64,000 nucleotides of DNA from the human T2T-CHM13v2.0 reference genome, Homo sapiens: assembly GCF_009914755.1 (NCBI RefSeq), contig NC_060947.1; one strand, 5' to 3'. This document shows, piece by piece, positions 63,295 through 64,000 of this stretch. The notes under the pieces were generated by a model. That model saw nothing but the letters and a program-made list of their open reading frames with translations, was not told where the DNA came from and made no database searches. Both the position numbers and the translations under genes were made by a program. Within the stretch, counting starts at the first letter, position 1. Each line of letters begins with the position of its first letter.

Positions 63295-63880
63295 TTTTTT
63301 AGAGAAAGGGTCTCACTCTGTTGCCCAGGCTGCAGTGCAGTGGTTTAGTCATAGCTCATGGCAGCCTTGAACTTCTGGGCTCAGGCGATCCTCCTGCCTC
63401 AGGCTCTGGAGTAGCTAGGACAATAGATGGGGCTACAAATTCTATATCCATGAATACATCTTTTAAGGATGAAATGGAAATAAAGATATTTTCAGATAAA
63501 AGAAGATTAAGAGAATTTGTGAGTAACAGACCTATGCTTAAAGAATGGCAGAAAGAAGTTCCCTAAACAGAAATAACAGAAAGATGATGGCATTTCAGGA
63601 AGGAAAAAGAACAATTGGAAAGAGTAAATATAGGGGTAGATATAATAGACCATCCTCCTCATGAGTTTTTAAAATGATGTTTGATGGTTGAAGCAGAAAC
63701 TATTATGTCATCTGATGTGATGCTTAATATATAGAGAGGAAATACTTAAAACATTTGTATTAAAAGTGAGGCAGGTAAATAAACCTAAATGGAAGTAAGA
63801 TTTCTACAACTTACTGGAAGTGGTTTAAAATATCCATGGTAGTAGAATGTGATAAGTTAATATGTATATTGTAATTCCTA
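63295..63880. mobile_element. Alu fragment (minus strand, to about 63420) followed by an old L1 ORF1-end fragment (+)
   Basis: GGGTCTCACTCTGTTGCCCAGGCTG...; translation EIKIFSDKRRLREFVSNRPMLKE typical of the L1 ORF1 C-terminus. Confidence 0.7.
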
Positions 63881-63881
63881 T

Positions 63882-64000
63882 TGATATGGTTTGGCTCTGT
63901 GTCCCCACCCAAATCTCATCTTGAATTGTAATCCCTATAATCCTCACATGTCAAGGGCCAGACCAGGTGGAGGTAATTCAATCATGGAGACAGTTTCCCC
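63882..64000 (+). mobile_element. THE1/MST LTR, truncated by the window end
   Basis: TGATATGGTTTGGCTCTGTGTCCCCACCCAAATCTCATCTTGAATTG. Confidence 0.85.

Overview
Primate (human-like) genomic DNA that is mostly interspersed repeats. Two intronless, CpG-island genes lie on the minus strand: RTL8A (FAM127B/CXX1B), a 113-aa domesticated Ty3/gypsy Gag, CDS 15134-15475; and SMIM10L2B, a 78-aa small membrane protein, CDS 61765-62001. Recognising these two proteins and their arrangement points to Xq26.3 (recollection, not a database check). Between them are: an old, fully delimited class I (gamma-like) provirus (21834-33130; LTR-gag-pro-pol-env-LTR, ATTG target duplication) carrying five later insertions; a full-length processed nucleolin pseudogene split by an Alu; a full-length THE1; and many Alu, L1, MaLR and MER1 copies. 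I see no convincing wholly new biological system. The best second-look items are an orphan poly(A)-tailed non-TE insertion with a 16-bp TSD, an L1PA 3' transduction, the broken CXX1/CAAX overlapping frame behind RTL8A, a Lys-type PBS on a gamma-like ERV, a 52-bp ends-only MaLR LTR, and a compact AT palindrome cluster. Repeat subfamily names come from recalled consensus sequences and should be confirmed with RepeatMasker/Dfam.
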